Notes under the pieces: generated by a model
Database searches by the model: none
Told to the model about the DNA's origin: nothing
The model's input: only the letters and a program-made list of their open reading frames with translations
Made by a program: the position numbers and the translations under genes
Assembly: GCF_037042905.1 (NCBI RefSeq)
Contig: NC_087245.1
Span: 19,902,001 to 19,966,000 of the forward strand
Source: Lytechinus pictus
Lineage: Eukaryota
Direction: 5' to 3'
DNA: 64,000 nt
Part shown: piece by piece, positions 27,873-41,740 of the stretch
Layout of the letters: the number at the start of each line of letters is the position of its first letter
How positions within the stretch are numbered: position 1 is the stretch's first letter

Positions 27873-30722
27873 GTGCATTATGAAGGTGTTTTTTTAACAT
27901 GCTCTGCAGATGATGGTCAATATGTGACCATATCAACAAGGCTTTTTCAATGATAGATAAGAAAACTTAATATAAATTAGGAGTGGACATTTGGGAGAAC
28001 AAACAGAAAAAAGTCATAGAAATGAAAAGTAGAGAAGTAGAGCCTGCAGATATGAAATGATGTTCATCCCTTCTGAAAAGCTGTCACTCCATCTACTTAA
28101 ACAACATTATTATCACAGCAGAGCAAAGAACCCATCAATTTACCCATTCTTCAAATGTCGTTCTCAATCAGAATAACAAATACATTGCATTTTGGTCCAT
28201 GTTCCTGTCTGCAAACAGTCTCATGTACCCACATCCTCACGGGGCGTGAGGGTATTTATAGATTGGCAAAAATGCAGTCATGTCACGGTGGTGGTGTAAG
28301 AATACCAACACAGACTCAAGGCCAGGTGCCATTAGGCCTCTACATGTGTGTCTCTCCATTTTCAAATCCAAACTCTTCAAGGTTTGCACATCTTAACTTC
28401 CTCTCTAGTGTGCACTTGAGGGGTCAAAGCCAATCAACATGAACAACAGTGGGGGAAGAAAGACGCGAAGGAGAGGTGCGAAAGCCCGAATTCTACCTTG
28501 TCATGATTGGCAAAATTGGTTGTTTCAAATTGTCTTCACATTATGTACTTAGGCATATGATTCAATTTCAAAGCCCTTCTGCCTCCAACAATGAAAAGTT
28601 AATCTTATAACATTTGATTGGTCATGGTGTTGTAGCACTTTTCCTGTTGAACATTCAAAATTATTGTACTTCTCTTGTTCACACTGCTGGAATGGCTAAA
28701 AATATGTATCTAATAATTCATATCATCTTTCGTTGATTTTGAGTTTCAATAAAATAGTACCTATAGCACTGAAAGGAGAGTGCTCTGCAAAATATGTCTG
28801 GATTTTCAGCTTACAAATGACCCGCACTTCATAACAGCCCTACTCCAAATTTGTACCCCATAATATACGTAAATAGGCATGAATAAATAAATATATGAAT
28901 AAATAAATAAAAACGGATGAAAATAAAAAAACTCATTATTAGCAACATTAATCTCAACCTCTCACAAAACTATGCAGCAACAGGATCGTACTGATTTTAA
29001 AAAGTCATAAGCTCCTAATCTTTGCAAAATCATCACTGACATAAATGTCAGGATCTACCGTACAGTCTCAAAATCCAATATTATCCATTGTCCTACGGCT
29101 ACACGATTGCCTTTTGCAAAATAGTGAAAAAGGAATGAATGAATGAATGAAATATGAGTAAAGTAAAGGGTAAGAGATATAAGGTGGTAGAACTGTCTAG
29201 GCCCCTATGCATATTCTCCTCTTCGATTCCCACTGTGAAGTTCATGTGGCGAGGCTATTCAGCTCGAAGCAAAGTGGAAAGCACATTATACCAAACATAT
29301 TCCCTCCTGGAAGAGTCAACGTATTCTCTGAGGCACGTGAATGACCTCAAGTAGAATGTCTCTTTTAAGACTCGGTTTGTAGTCAACTTCATTCTACATT
29401 TCTCTGATGTCTTCGTCCACAGAAACAAGATTATTCATAGAACTGCAGTCATTCTTGTAAGATTCTAAAGTGACGAATTGAGCGAATGCAAAGCAAACAG
29501 AATACAATACTGTTTTGCTTGGTCAAAAGTCTGCACATTTGCAGAAAATTCTAGCAAAACAATTTCCTTGAATAATACTATGAATTTGTCAACAAAAGTT
29601 GGGGTTTCCCCTGTTCTTGTAGTTGCTACTGTACTTCAAAGTATTATAAGGCATCAATAATCTTATATTTTCTATAATACTTTCAACATAAATGATAAAC
29701 TTAATACCTTGACAAAGAAAGGTTTAGAGTATAATTTCTCAAAATGAATCCCTCAATCATGTATGACATAATATCTCTTATCTTTGCATGAATGAAAAGA
29801 CATGCACTCTTATTTATTCATAGCAATATACATTCATTATATGATATTGGAGTACATAATATTACATTATCAATTCATATATATAATCACATTACATGTC
29901 CCTTGTCACAAAACCACCTGACTTTCTATATACTGTTTTATTACCCATCAACCTCTTCAATATATTACAATGAATAAAAAGGAAGAGTAATATTGATACT
30001 TGGAATTCATATTTCAATTCAATTTGTAACATAATCAAAAAGGGGGAAACTAGGAAGTCTTCACAAAAGAGTAAATTAGATTTTGTCAACTTTTCTTTCA
30101 ATCAGCACACGTCCACATCCCGCTTTATTCGGAAAAAGAGAAGGAGAACAAAAATATCTCACCCATTAGGAAAACATTTGTTTTGTGTGACTGGCTAGGT
30201 AGACATCCCCGAGTGCACCGTAAGTGGCACGTAGGGAAAGTGCCCCTAAATCCATACTAGACAGGAAAAGAAGTGGGGGAAAGATGCAGGTTTATTACAT
30301 GGCAGAATAACTTTAAAAGCTTAAAGGTGTAACGGCATAACGAAATTCAAGACGCGCATTAGTTCTGAATCGCCTTCACCTTGACATTGCTCAGAGTCAA
30401 GATTGAATATCTGTAGCACTGTTCACTGGGTGTTGTACATGGTAGAGGGAAAAAGGTTAGTTTCTGAAATTGGACAACAAATTGTTGTACATGTAATATA
30501 GCATCAATGGTAGCAACTAAGAGACAAAAGGAAAAGAAAAAAAGCAGGAGAGTCAATCTACAAAGAAGAGAAAAAGAATGATAAAAGTACTTGTAAAAGG
30601 GTGAGGAAAAACACAGGAAAGCAGTAGCTCGTAAGCATCATATCACATAGCATGACAGTATGTGATGCAAGTAGCACCAAACTCTGGAGTGGGGGCCCAC
30701 TTTTGCATGGATAAGCCGCTGT

Positions 30723-30760
30723 ATTGCCATAGCAACGTCATCCCAGAACCTGCCACGTGG
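30723..30760. promoter_or_regulatory. Candidate cis-regulatory motif cluster (RFX X-box, half-CRE, E-box)
   Basis: ATTGCCATAGCAAC (30723-30736), overlapping ACGTCA, and CCACGTGG within a CpG-retaining island. Confidence 0.4.
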
Positions 30761-32544
30761 ATCCCGGGGTAGGATAGCTGGCATCACCTGTCCCGCAACT
30801 GTATCAGATGTTGCTGATCAGGGAGAAGAACAAGATGCAGGCAAGGATGGATTTTAACCATCGTCACACAACCTACAACTAGAGAATCTCAACGATGCCC
30901 CCCCCCCCCTCTCTCACTACAGCTTCAAGTATATAACATTCTATGGGCAGAAATGCATTTAGAGCTATTTAAAATATTTATAAAATATGACCTACATGAT
31001 CCAACAAGCCATGAAAAACATGCTCCATAATTGTTAGATGAAATCCAGAAAAGTCATATCAAAAGTATATTATTACGAGGTTCAAAGATGCAAACATGTG
31101 TAAGTGACGGGAGTTGTCAAATGAAATTCTTTCTCATATAACGCAGTGTTATTATAAGGATAATAAACAATTCATAAATGACATTAGTTAGTGAGATATA
31201 TCCTGATACAAACCTTATTTATTATTATTTACTTGTTTGACTGATCAACATTATACCACAAACACAAGAATTTAACAATTTATCAATTAAAGATTGAACA
31301 AAGTGGCCTATACCATCTAAGAACAATACATCCAATTAAATAAATACTGATTCTTAAAAGCATGCTTTGAAGAGGCCTCTGTCCACTTCCATTTGTTTCT
31401 AACCAGAAAGCTACTTTCATTATCATGAATAGGCACTTTCACAAATTGAACTTAAAACTAAAATTAGCTATACACTAAATTACTATTTTCCCCATGTTGG
31501 AGCAATTTCTTTTGTTCCATTGAAGGATTTCATGACATTAACCTTATACAATAATGAGAGCATATATGGAATTACTGTGTTTTTCATGACTGCATGAAAT
31601 TAAAGAAACACCTTGAATCATCATGTACACATGCAAAGTCATTGTGTAATTCTAGTGTCGTGTAAAATTTTAAAGAAACATGGTCATTGTCGAGTGTATG
31701 ATACATGCTGTGTTAAAGAGCTATCTAACATCATCAACATTGTTCAGTAATCTCTTATGCCTATTCAACTTCCCCCTAACTTATTGTTCACCAGACCACA
31801 GCTATGCAAATAAAAGCTACAGGCTCAGATGGGAAACAAAATAAAAGGTTCGTGTTAAACTCTTTGACAAAAGTACAACATTAGGTCATCCATTGATAGA
31901 GAGGCCTGGATGACCCTGAAATTAGTTCCAATTAATAAATTAAGCCTAAATGTTATATGCTAATTTCTAATCAAGGTCAACATGCCGGTAGGAGGGCACA
32001 TTCATAATTCATTAGAATTGGTGGTAAGGTTTCCAAACATAATTGCATACACAATGTGCGTTTCTACTTGAATGATCACAATTTCTAATTTCCATATTAA
32101 TCCTTAATTTCGATATGCAAATGCTTAAACATATGTTATTTCATGAATGACTAATTTTGAAACATAAGGCTGAATAAATGGTGAAAGTAAAGCATTATTT
32201 ATCACAAATATATTATCAATAGAATTCATATTGTCCTGACGCAAAACTCTAAACGGAGCTCATGAATAATCGTCAATGAGAAATAATACAGAAAAAATGA
32301 TGTGGAAGCGGTTCATCGTGGCAATGGAAGAAGTTGGAGGAATTAATTGGTCGTCTTAACGATTGATCAAATGTTAGGATCAAATGTTTGATCCATCATG
32401 AGACAACCGATTAATTTCTTCAACTTCAATACAGAGAAACATTAAGAAAAAAAGAGAAATGGTGACCTGACCTTGATCAGAATATAAGTTATGAAGTCTT
32501 ACTCTACATCATGCTTTATCAGGCAATATTTCCTATATAGTTCA

Positions 32545-32694
32545 GGGGCCCCGTTATAAAACTCATTGTTATAACAACAGATTTGCAATCACAGTTAAAA
32601 GCTATTGATATCCATCAATTTCATTGGCTGATAGTAAAATTGTTATATAAATGTGGCATTTCTTATTATAACAAGTCTTTATGAAAACAAACCC
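32545..32694. mobile_element. ~150-bp foldback MITE, older copy of the 7895 family
   Basis: Shares ATTGGCTGATAGTAAA..TTGTTATA and TTATTATAACAAGTCTTTATGAAA with 7895-8041; GGG..CCC termini. Confidence 0.7.
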
Positions 32695-33751
32695 AGAAGA
32701 AGCAAGCCTAATGATACCTCAGAGCATAGCATAGATATTGATGAAGATAAATAACATTCACAATGAAAGCAATAATACCAAACAAAGTTATCATATTTCC
32801 TTTCGAATTTAACATTCACCATCCTACTCAAAAAGAGGGGTGGCAGAAGATTCTTTTCTTATTTGCATACTTCATAACACTTTGAGGTCAACTACTATAA
32901 ATGTTCATTCTTTTGAATACCATCCAAATCATTCTTAAGAGAAAAAAAAAGAACTTTAAAACCAGAAAACTTCTCTCTACAATGTTGACAAAGAGGCAGC
33001 ATTGTTTTACTAGTAATATATCCCCGGTCCTATTCAAAATCCTGTTCTCTCTTTTCTCGACACGCAACTGATATTTGATATTGTGACAACTATGGTATCT
33101 TTGAATTGCAAACCCTTACTGGAGTTTGATATAGTATATTAGATATCATTCAGGCAAATATATCACCTGACAATCCACTTAGAATTGTACAAATATTATA
33201 AGTGTACAAATATTACAATGATGGTTGAGGTTCTTGAAAGAAGTTTGTTTTAGCTTTTGTTCTGGTCTATAATGTCCTTCAACTAATTTTTTTATATAAA
33301 GATATCACCTTGAATGAAAAGGTTTGCCATAAAGAAAATTAAGAAAGTTATCTGGATATCGGGTGAGATGGCTGGCTGGGTGAAAAGAAGCAGAAAACGA
33401 TTTTATGAACAAAATAAAGCCTTGAATTTAGTCTTTGAGCGAAGATTGGGAGATTTCCTATGTATCCATGGCAGGTGTGTTAGGTATCAACTAAGAAAAG
33501 AAATATTAGACTGGATACATTGGGAATCAACAGTATTCTATGGGTTAAAAAGACAATATAATGATGAGGATGATCTGCTAATAATTATATGGATTGATGG
33601 ATCTGTATCAGAGTCATATTACTGTGAGGCACAAACTAGGAGGGGCTCTCATTTATAACAAAATGACTTTTGTAATTCAATAGTGAGACAAAAATATTGG
33701 ATAAAAATGGAAGATTACGAAAAACTTGATGACTGAAAATAGATCAAGCTG

Positions 33752-33922
33752 TACTCTAAATTTGAAGGATTTAAAATAAAAATGTCCTAAGATTCTGTGA
33801 ATAATGAGTGGCCAAAATCCTAAGAAATTAAAATAGAAATCCTTGAGATTAACAAAATATATTCAACTGGCCACTTTTTAGAGCCTCTCTGGATTAATGT
33901 CAAATCCTAGAAATTTAGAGTG
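33752..33922. mobile_element. MITE with CACT-type (EnSpm/CACTA-like) termini
   Basis: Left TACTCTAAATTTGAAGGATTT versus reverse complement of right end CACTCTAAATTTCTAGGATTT (18/21); internal AAATCCT repeats. Confidence 0.6.
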
Positions 33923-36900
33923 GGGGATTATTTATACGGTATTTTTTGTAAGTGTTAAAGGGACGATTGCAAACGTAAGCCCTTTCTGCTATTGCAGACA
34001 CAGTTACACAAGGACACAAAAATTGCAGATGGACATACAGTTTGTCTACTGATACTTTTGACAAAGTAAATATTGTCATGAACTAGTCATTGGCATGTCA
34101 TCTCAATTTAGACGTTAACCATAGAGGTGTTTGTTGGGTGAGCTATGACACAGCATGGATAGGTGTCAGGCCATCAGCTATCAGCTATTAGTCCACACTT
34201 TTGCGGACCTTTATTGCAGGGGTAGAGCAAGGTTAAGGTTATCATGAATCATTACTATGAAAACTACCGAAGGATAGGGGAAATGAATGAATAGTAAGAA
34301 CAGGGTAAATAAGAAAGATTGACTTATGGGAAACTTATACTTCTCTTCGACCTGGAGGGGACTCTAAATCAGCATAAGATATGAAAATAGAACATGTTTA
34401 ATCTCAACAATGAAGCATGTTCCTAATTATCAATATCACCATATTGTATATATGATTTCATTTTCAGATGGTTAATACAGGGATCACAAAAATTGGTAGC
34501 AAATCCACGCAACATAACTCTAATTCTAGACATGTTGTATTACAGATAATTACTTTATGAAATATTAGATATCTTAAAGCATGAAGAGGAATCACACTTC
34601 CTTTATCAAGGTTAGCATACAAGTTTACACGATAGGCTATATTAAAGTTTAAAAAATGGCCAACTGTTGACCTGCCTTCCTATCCTACCCAACCAACAAC
34701 CCCTCCCCCATCCCCCTGTCTGTACCCCTTTCTTTTCTGGAGAATTCTCGCATTGATCAAGATTGTAGATATTCAGCTGCGAATGGGCCGAGACAAGGAG
34801 GCGCCGCCAACAATTAGGTTGAATCCGTGATGGGGGGGGGGAGGGAGTTTGGCGATGGGACGAGGATTCAACCCCGGTGGAGAGCTAGGTCAACGCCCAG
34901 GTGGACAGGATGCGGGTGATGGGATTGGAAGAGATGGGATCCGTGTGCAGCAACATGAAGCCAGGTGTGAACGATACCACTGATCATTTCCATGGGATAA
35001 CAGCCAGGGGAAATGTTTAAACATGTTACCCAATCGATGGCTGCATCAACAACAACAATCTAGGACACCTATAACAGCAACATCCGCAAGCTAACCTTGG
35101 AGCATGCCCCTAATTGCCTATCCAACTCATTACAGCCAACTCTGTAGAGAAACGGTTTAAGGATAATCCTATTACCACAATCATCAGAGACACCTCATGA
35201 GACTGTTACTGCATGTATAGTCATCGCTTCTCTAAAAACCTGGGACACCCCAACAGGTGATTAACACTTGAGGACGTAGTATCACTTCAAAAATAACAGT
35301 TTAGACAATAATTAGCCCCAACCTTCAGAACAGGTGTCTAACCATGCCTGAGACGTCTTTCCTTGTTTGCCAGATATGTCTGGTTGATCTGAATCGACAA
35401 TTCAAGTTCAGAAAGAAGTGGGTTATATGAACTTCAGTCTCCATTTTACCTAATTTGGTATTTGACACGTCATTGGAGGGGTTAAGGCTATGTCCCACAT
35501 TCTCACATTATTAAGTGGCAAAGGTGTCTATCAAATTGTCCAATTTCTAAGGTATACTACATGAACATAACTTTCTAAAAAGATACTGGTTTTTACTATT
35601 GGAAGAAAGTGGTTCACAGACTTCATGACGACAAACGGTGTGTTGTAAACATGCAAGAAACCTTTAAAAAAACAAATGTATATCTGAATGCAAAAATTGG
35701 TAATGCAGGAAACTTTACTTTGCCAATTATGTTGGAGATACTGGCTACAAACTTATGAACATATTCTTAAATTCATATTTATTTCTGCTTATTAACAAGG
35801 GAATTGATAGGTCAACATCTTTGAAATCTAATGGTGGATTTCAAATCAATTCAAATTCAGTCTTAGGACAAATTATTTATTTGAAGAAAAGACTTGATCT
35901 TTCTCAGATGTGGAAATAAATAGATTAAATAAAATGTTATCTTTCTTCATGAACGTGCTGATATTTCAAATTGTATTGGCTGGCACTACTAAAGTCAGCA
36001 AGCTATTGTGTACCAATTTCTATTACATCTCCATCTCATAAGGGCACTATCCTCATCGCATTATAACATAAATAAGTTTACATCAATCATGCACTTTATA
36101 ATACATCTCAGCTCAGTAACTTATAAATAGCACCAACAAATGAATAGGAGATGGCCATGAAAATATTCTGAGGAATTAAAAATCATTACCTCTCCCATCT
36201 ATTGTAACATTCAGCCAGAAATTGCAATAACCAAAGAGGAAAGCTACCCCCCCCTCTTTTCAGAGTAATAACCCTTTTGAAATTCTATAGCTTTGCCATT
36301 TATCGATCTTCATAATCCATGGCAATCATATGCGGAGAGGATGAGCGCACGAATGCTCGCCTCGACGCCAGAACTAGAGATAGGTGACAAATCAACAAAA
36401 GAGGGCACTATCACGTTTCACACCGTGATAATCCAACTAACATTCTGGCCAAGTCCAAACTTGACAACCTTTGGCGATGCGTTGCAATATCATGTATTCT
36501 CTTCCTTGGCAGAGAAAGGCCGATGGTTTTGAAACCAACGTCCAATATATCACAGAGAGAGAAAGGGAGACGATCGATGTGTGTGCCAGAGGCTTTACAT
36601 ATCGCAAATCCTCATACAACCAGAATGGTGGACGGTGGCAAGAACGTCACAAGAAGTAATGTGCACCCGTCCATACAGCTTCCTTAGAATATACAACTCT
36701 TTAGTTTCACACTAATGAGTTTCAGAGTGCATTTCATAAGCAAGAGCTGTAAACATATGTAGTATGCATTGCCATGGCTCTCTACTATTATATACTTCTT
36801 TGCCTGCTCATGTCTTGCACAATGCTGCACCCATATACGTTTATTTTTGTCATAATTACACAATCTAACAACTTCTATTCATAATCAATTTTATAAACAG

Positions 36901-37167
36901 AAAATGGAATAGCAAAACAAAATGAAGTGATTCAAATTGAGGGCAGTAATCACCAAAAAGCAATTATTTTTGTGTTTTTACCTTGTTTTGAGATATAAAA
37001 GAAATATGTATGTTTTCTTATGAAGTTCAGGTACTGAAATTGTGTACTGAGAATACTGACCTTGTCCAAGTAATAAGAAATTACAACTAACTTTTCCCTA
37101 TAGATAGCCAAGTTCACCACCATTTCAGCTTTGTTGCTTATTCCTCTCCCAAACTAAAACAAAATGC

Positions 37168-37248
37168 AATGACGTTATGTCACTTGTTAAGAGGAAGTGA
37201 CGTGTTAGTGGAGATGCACTGTCAAATGACTCATTACCATGGAAACGG
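37168..37248. promoter_or_regulatory. Candidate enhancer with dense motif cluster
   Basis: TGACGTTA (CRE-like, 37170), GGAAGTGACGT (ETS-CRE composite, 37193), TGTCA (TALE), TGACTCA (AP-1, 37227), ATTACCATGGAAAC (X-box, 37233). Confidence 0.45.
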
Positions 37249-38300
37249 ATGATGATCAGGAGACAGTATGGGTGCACATTAAAAGACCGGTCTTTTGCAC
37301 CCATGATGGTAAGCACGACTGGAGCATTACTAAGCAAAATACTGTCTCCGCCGGGAATTATCAGGAAGAAAAATATTCATTGCAGCGTAAGAGGTTTTTT
37401 TTCATGAAAGAGGGGAATGGTCTCGAGTAAAGAAGATGGATGAATTGAAGATCAGACATTTTTTTGTTGGTAATATATCAGCAAATCTAAGATCAAAAGC
37501 AAATTTGAATACACATCACTTGTTCCGTGTTTTGTCGGGTTGGCATTAAGGTAGGAATTAAGGTAAAATCGTTCAACAAGAGTTCAAAGTTTGCTGTGAG
37601 AATGTTCAAAGAACTTTCACATAATCAATCCTATTCACATGCACAATCATAAACCGTTCTCTGACCACCAGTTACACCAGCGAGGAAACTAGGTCAGAAA
37701 ATGTCTACTCATAATCAAAATAAACTTTTATTTATTCATGTGTGAGGAGAAAGCACACTCAACAGATATCAATAAATAGCACCATTGCACCCAAATTATG
37801 TGAAAGAACTTAGAAGTTAATACTAATATCACAATGAAAACATGCTTAAATAGTTAAGGAATTTTTATGTTGTCTGATGAAACCTGATGGTCCCTGTACA
37901 AGGCATATGGGAATCAATGAATTAATCTTGTAACTTGTTGATTCAAACATTCAAAGTGTTTTCACTCTCAGTAATGACAGATCTCACCTTGGTGGTATAA
38001 AAAAAGTTATTTTTTTTTTCAAGATGACTTTGGCATAACATTAAATATAATGGAGTCATAACTAAACATATCTTACCTGATTATCCAAGGTAGATGTTGA
38101 AGAAGGGACATGAAAGATAAAAAAAAAAACAAGAGAAATCAATCAGATTGATTAAATAAAGCAAACTTATATACTTAAATACATTTAAAGAAATAGTATA
38201 TAAAAAATGAAACAAATCAAATTCATTATTACCCCCCCCCAAAAAAAATACTTTCATTCCTATGCTGTTTCTAGAAGACATATATATATATATAGAAAAG

Positions 38301-38455
38301 NNNNNNNNNNNNNNNNNNNNNNNNNNNNNNNNNNNNNNNNNNNNNNNNNNNNNNNNNNNNNNNNNNNNNNNNNNNNNNNNNNNNNNNNNNNNNNNNNNNN
38401 NNNNNNNNNNNNNNNNNNNNNNNNNNNNNNNNNNNNNNNNNNNNNNNNNNNNNNN
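38301..38455. other. Assembly gap (155 N)
   Basis: Run of N. Confidence 1.
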
Positions 38456-38728
38456 TACAGGGGGAGGGGAACCTCCAAATGAATATTCTCACAACTTTTG
38501 TCTTCATGACATGTGGAAGGAGAAAAATTGTTTTGTTTCTGTTTCCTTCACATCAATTTTAAAAATAATATTTCAAACCAAATCAGAATAACAATAAGCA
38601 ATTTTAAGAGAAATAATTTAGAACAGTTATCCACTTGTGAGGGAAAACACAAATTGTTGGTTCTATGTTGTTGGCAACAAAGAACAGATGAATGGAAGCG
38701 GAATGGAAAGTGGAATGGAGTGAACAGT

Positions 38729-39075
38729 GGAAGCATCGTGGTGTACCAGTTCTGACTCTCGCCTTGTAATCAGAGAGTCATGTGTTCGAATCCCACCATG
38801 GCCTAGCGTCCTTTGGCAAGACGTCAATCCACTATTTGCCACTCTCCACCCAGGTGTTAAATGAATACCCGGTAGGACGCGAAAGCCTATGTAGTATACC
38901 TAGCAATTGAATCTTGGAACCCTTGTTGGAATGCTACCCAGGGAGGGGAGAAGGTGCATACATTGTATGCGAGGTTGCCAGGATCCAATGACTGGGGTAA
39001 TAATATATCTTAAAGCGCTTAGAGACGTTGTTCCTATGTATTAAGCGCTATATAAATGTAGAATATTATTATTAT
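38729..39075 (+). mobile_element. Full-length tRNA-derived SINE with L2-type tail
   Basis: B-box GTTCGAATCC (38784), core CCTTTGGCAAGAC...CACTCTCCACCCAGGTGTTAAATGAATACC, tail AAGCGCTTAGAGAC...TAAGCGCTATATAAAT..(TAT)n. Confidence 0.9.
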
Positions 39076-40712
39076 CATTAATGGGCAAGAAAGAGGGCTT
39101 TTATTGCAGAAACGAAAAAAGAGAAATGTACTTGGCTTTAAGCAAGTTCTTTTTTAGCCTTCATGAATTTGATGAAATGACAATATCTGCCATCATCTTA
39201 AAACATCATGCATCCCTAAAAAACACTCTCCTCACTGAAGTCCTCCTGAAAGACTAGACGAGGAGAAACAGAAAAGTTCTTGAGAACGAAAAGCACGGGA
39301 ATAAGCCCCTGCAATCAAGGACATAGGGCGTATCGGATAACATTATCTGAAGTAAAAATCCATTAGTCTTGAAATGCTAGAAACGTTGAAAATTGCAAGA
39401 TGAACGGGATAAAAAATGGCCAGCCTCCTTCATCAACCTAGTTTTCCACCCGTTAAGAAAGTCATCTGAACATCAACAAATCATAAAGAAAAAGGATGTT
39501 CAGAATAATGTGCTGCGAAAGAATAATCTTTTGTTAGGAGACCAAAGCCTGGATGCTTCAGCTAGTCTATACCACAGCAAAGTTAATTTGTTCAATAGAT
39601 TCAAAGAAAAATAACACATAATACCAAAGACTTTTTCAAATCATAATAACATTGATCACGGGAGCAACTTAGAATATGGCTGACATAAAATTTGCTCCTT
39701 CGCTCCCTTCTTAATATCTCAGAGGGCATTGGGTTTGAATTAAGATTGTAATAGAATTTATGTATCAGAATAATGTACAGATAAAGATTACGGTTAGTTC
39801 AGCCATGGAGGTAAAGTTTTATGTTTGGCTTAATGTGCAGATTTTCCATTGGAGCAATTGTCGCTAGAGCAAACGTCATGGAACCAAAACAGTTTGCCTT
39901 CTTTGGCACTAGGAATTAACCCATTGCCTACTGGAACCAGTGGTCCCATGTACAAAAAACCTATGATTACTACAGAATTCAGAGTTCAATGGGTATGACA
40001 CTTTGCTAATTTCTTTTCTGATCTTGGCTACTAACTGCAGAAAGGCAAAGATGCAATCGTTAACTTTTGTGAGTCATTTTATCTATTATATCATGTTCTG
40101 CTAAACCAAGAGAGACTGGATATTTGATATAATGTATTTGTTCAAGTTTACTGCAGCAAATAATAAATTTTTCGAAGTCTGCACATATTCAAAAAATTGA
40201 TTCTTAAATTATTAAGTTGCCCTATCATCAACTAGAACTGGAACTCTATTACAAAGCCTATGGGAATTACAGAATAGAACGGGTTAAGTTTCTCACAAAG
40301 TTTCTCTCTAACAGTGGTCTTCTTTACATCAAACACACAGATTACACAAAATGTAGGAATTAAGCAATCACAACAATTTATTGATCCATTTATATAAAGA
40401 GTGATGTCAGGAGTAAGCTAGGATGGGTAGACGGTCTTAAGGAAGCAGCGATTACGGTGTTTGTATGTTTACCTAGGGTCGAGCACTCCTTCCGTAGATC
40501 CGTCCCAACGCTTCCGATCCAACGATAAGCAATCTTTGCCTCTCGTGGACAAACGTTTATTGCCAGAATTTATCGTTTGCGTCAGCAGCAGCGGCAAACA
40601 GGGGAAGGCGGTTTTTTTTCTCTGACCACACTTTCTGTTTACTCATTTTGTCAACTACACATGCCATGGGAGACAGCGGTGGTGAGAGAAAGAGTTTCAT
40701 TAAAGGATATGT

Positions 40713-40886
40713 GGCCTGTTTTCAGAAAACTTGTTGTCAATGACAAAATGCAAGGAATCTGTGACAAAACATTGACAAATGCAAGGAATCTGTGACAAAT
40801 TTGATCTTGACCAATCAAAATGCAGGATTTGGGTTGCTTAAAATGGCTGTATATTGTCATTAATGCTAAAGTTTCATGAACAGGAC
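40713..40886. mobile_element. Decayed MITE with internal 32-bp tandem duplication
   Basis: Imperfect TIRs GGCCTGTTTTCAGAAA / TTTCATGAACAGGAC; AAATGCAAGGAATCTGTGACAAA occurs twice; central CCAATCA. Confidence 0.5.
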
Positions 40887-41740
40887 TTGATCTTAATTCA
40901 ATTCTCAATAAACACACACACAGAGACAAAAACAAAACCAGCTATAAATCTACTTTTGATAGAACAGGTATATATTTTATGTGTTTTATTTACTAATAAT
41001 GTTATGGATGATGGTGATAGCATTTTAGAACACTCACGATTTCAAAGAAACTCAGGAAAAATATAAAAGATTTTACCACAATTTTATACCAAAAATTGAC
41101 AGAAGGAACAATAAAAAGGGTATTTACACAAAAATGGTTATGTAGCACTCAAGAACACGAATATCAAATTATGTAAGAGTATATGCTAAAGAAATACCAT
41201 TTGAGAAGAGTGGCGTCAGATTTGTGACCATGTTAACAAAAAAATAGGAAATAAATCATGAAGCTAAACAATCCTGGATTTAGTGAAGTAATAACAGTTG
41301 AAAGTCATGTACTGATAACATGTAATGTGATTCTTATTTCTGAATTATGGTTTTATTCCTAACAAATTGGATGGTATATATCCTCAAGGGAAACTAGATG
41401 TATGACAATCAGCAAGGGAATCTAGTTTTTGAAGGAAATTGGAACTTTTTTTTATCAAATTCAGCAGCCGATTTGCCATGTCCAATCTGGAGGGTTTCAT
41501 TTGCCTTTCATTCTGCTCTTCCATCAATACAGCTGAAATTGCAGTTTGCGCATTACTGTATATTGATTAGGTGATTTATTTGGTTACAGACAAATAATTC
41601 TTTTCATATGAGACCTATCTTGTAAGAGCATAATCTCAAACAGATGGACTTTCAGTTGTACTTTCAGTTTGTAACTATTGCAATCCATTGGTTTCTGAAA
41701 TGAAAATATGATTTTATTCAAGTTTTTAGTAATACATGTA

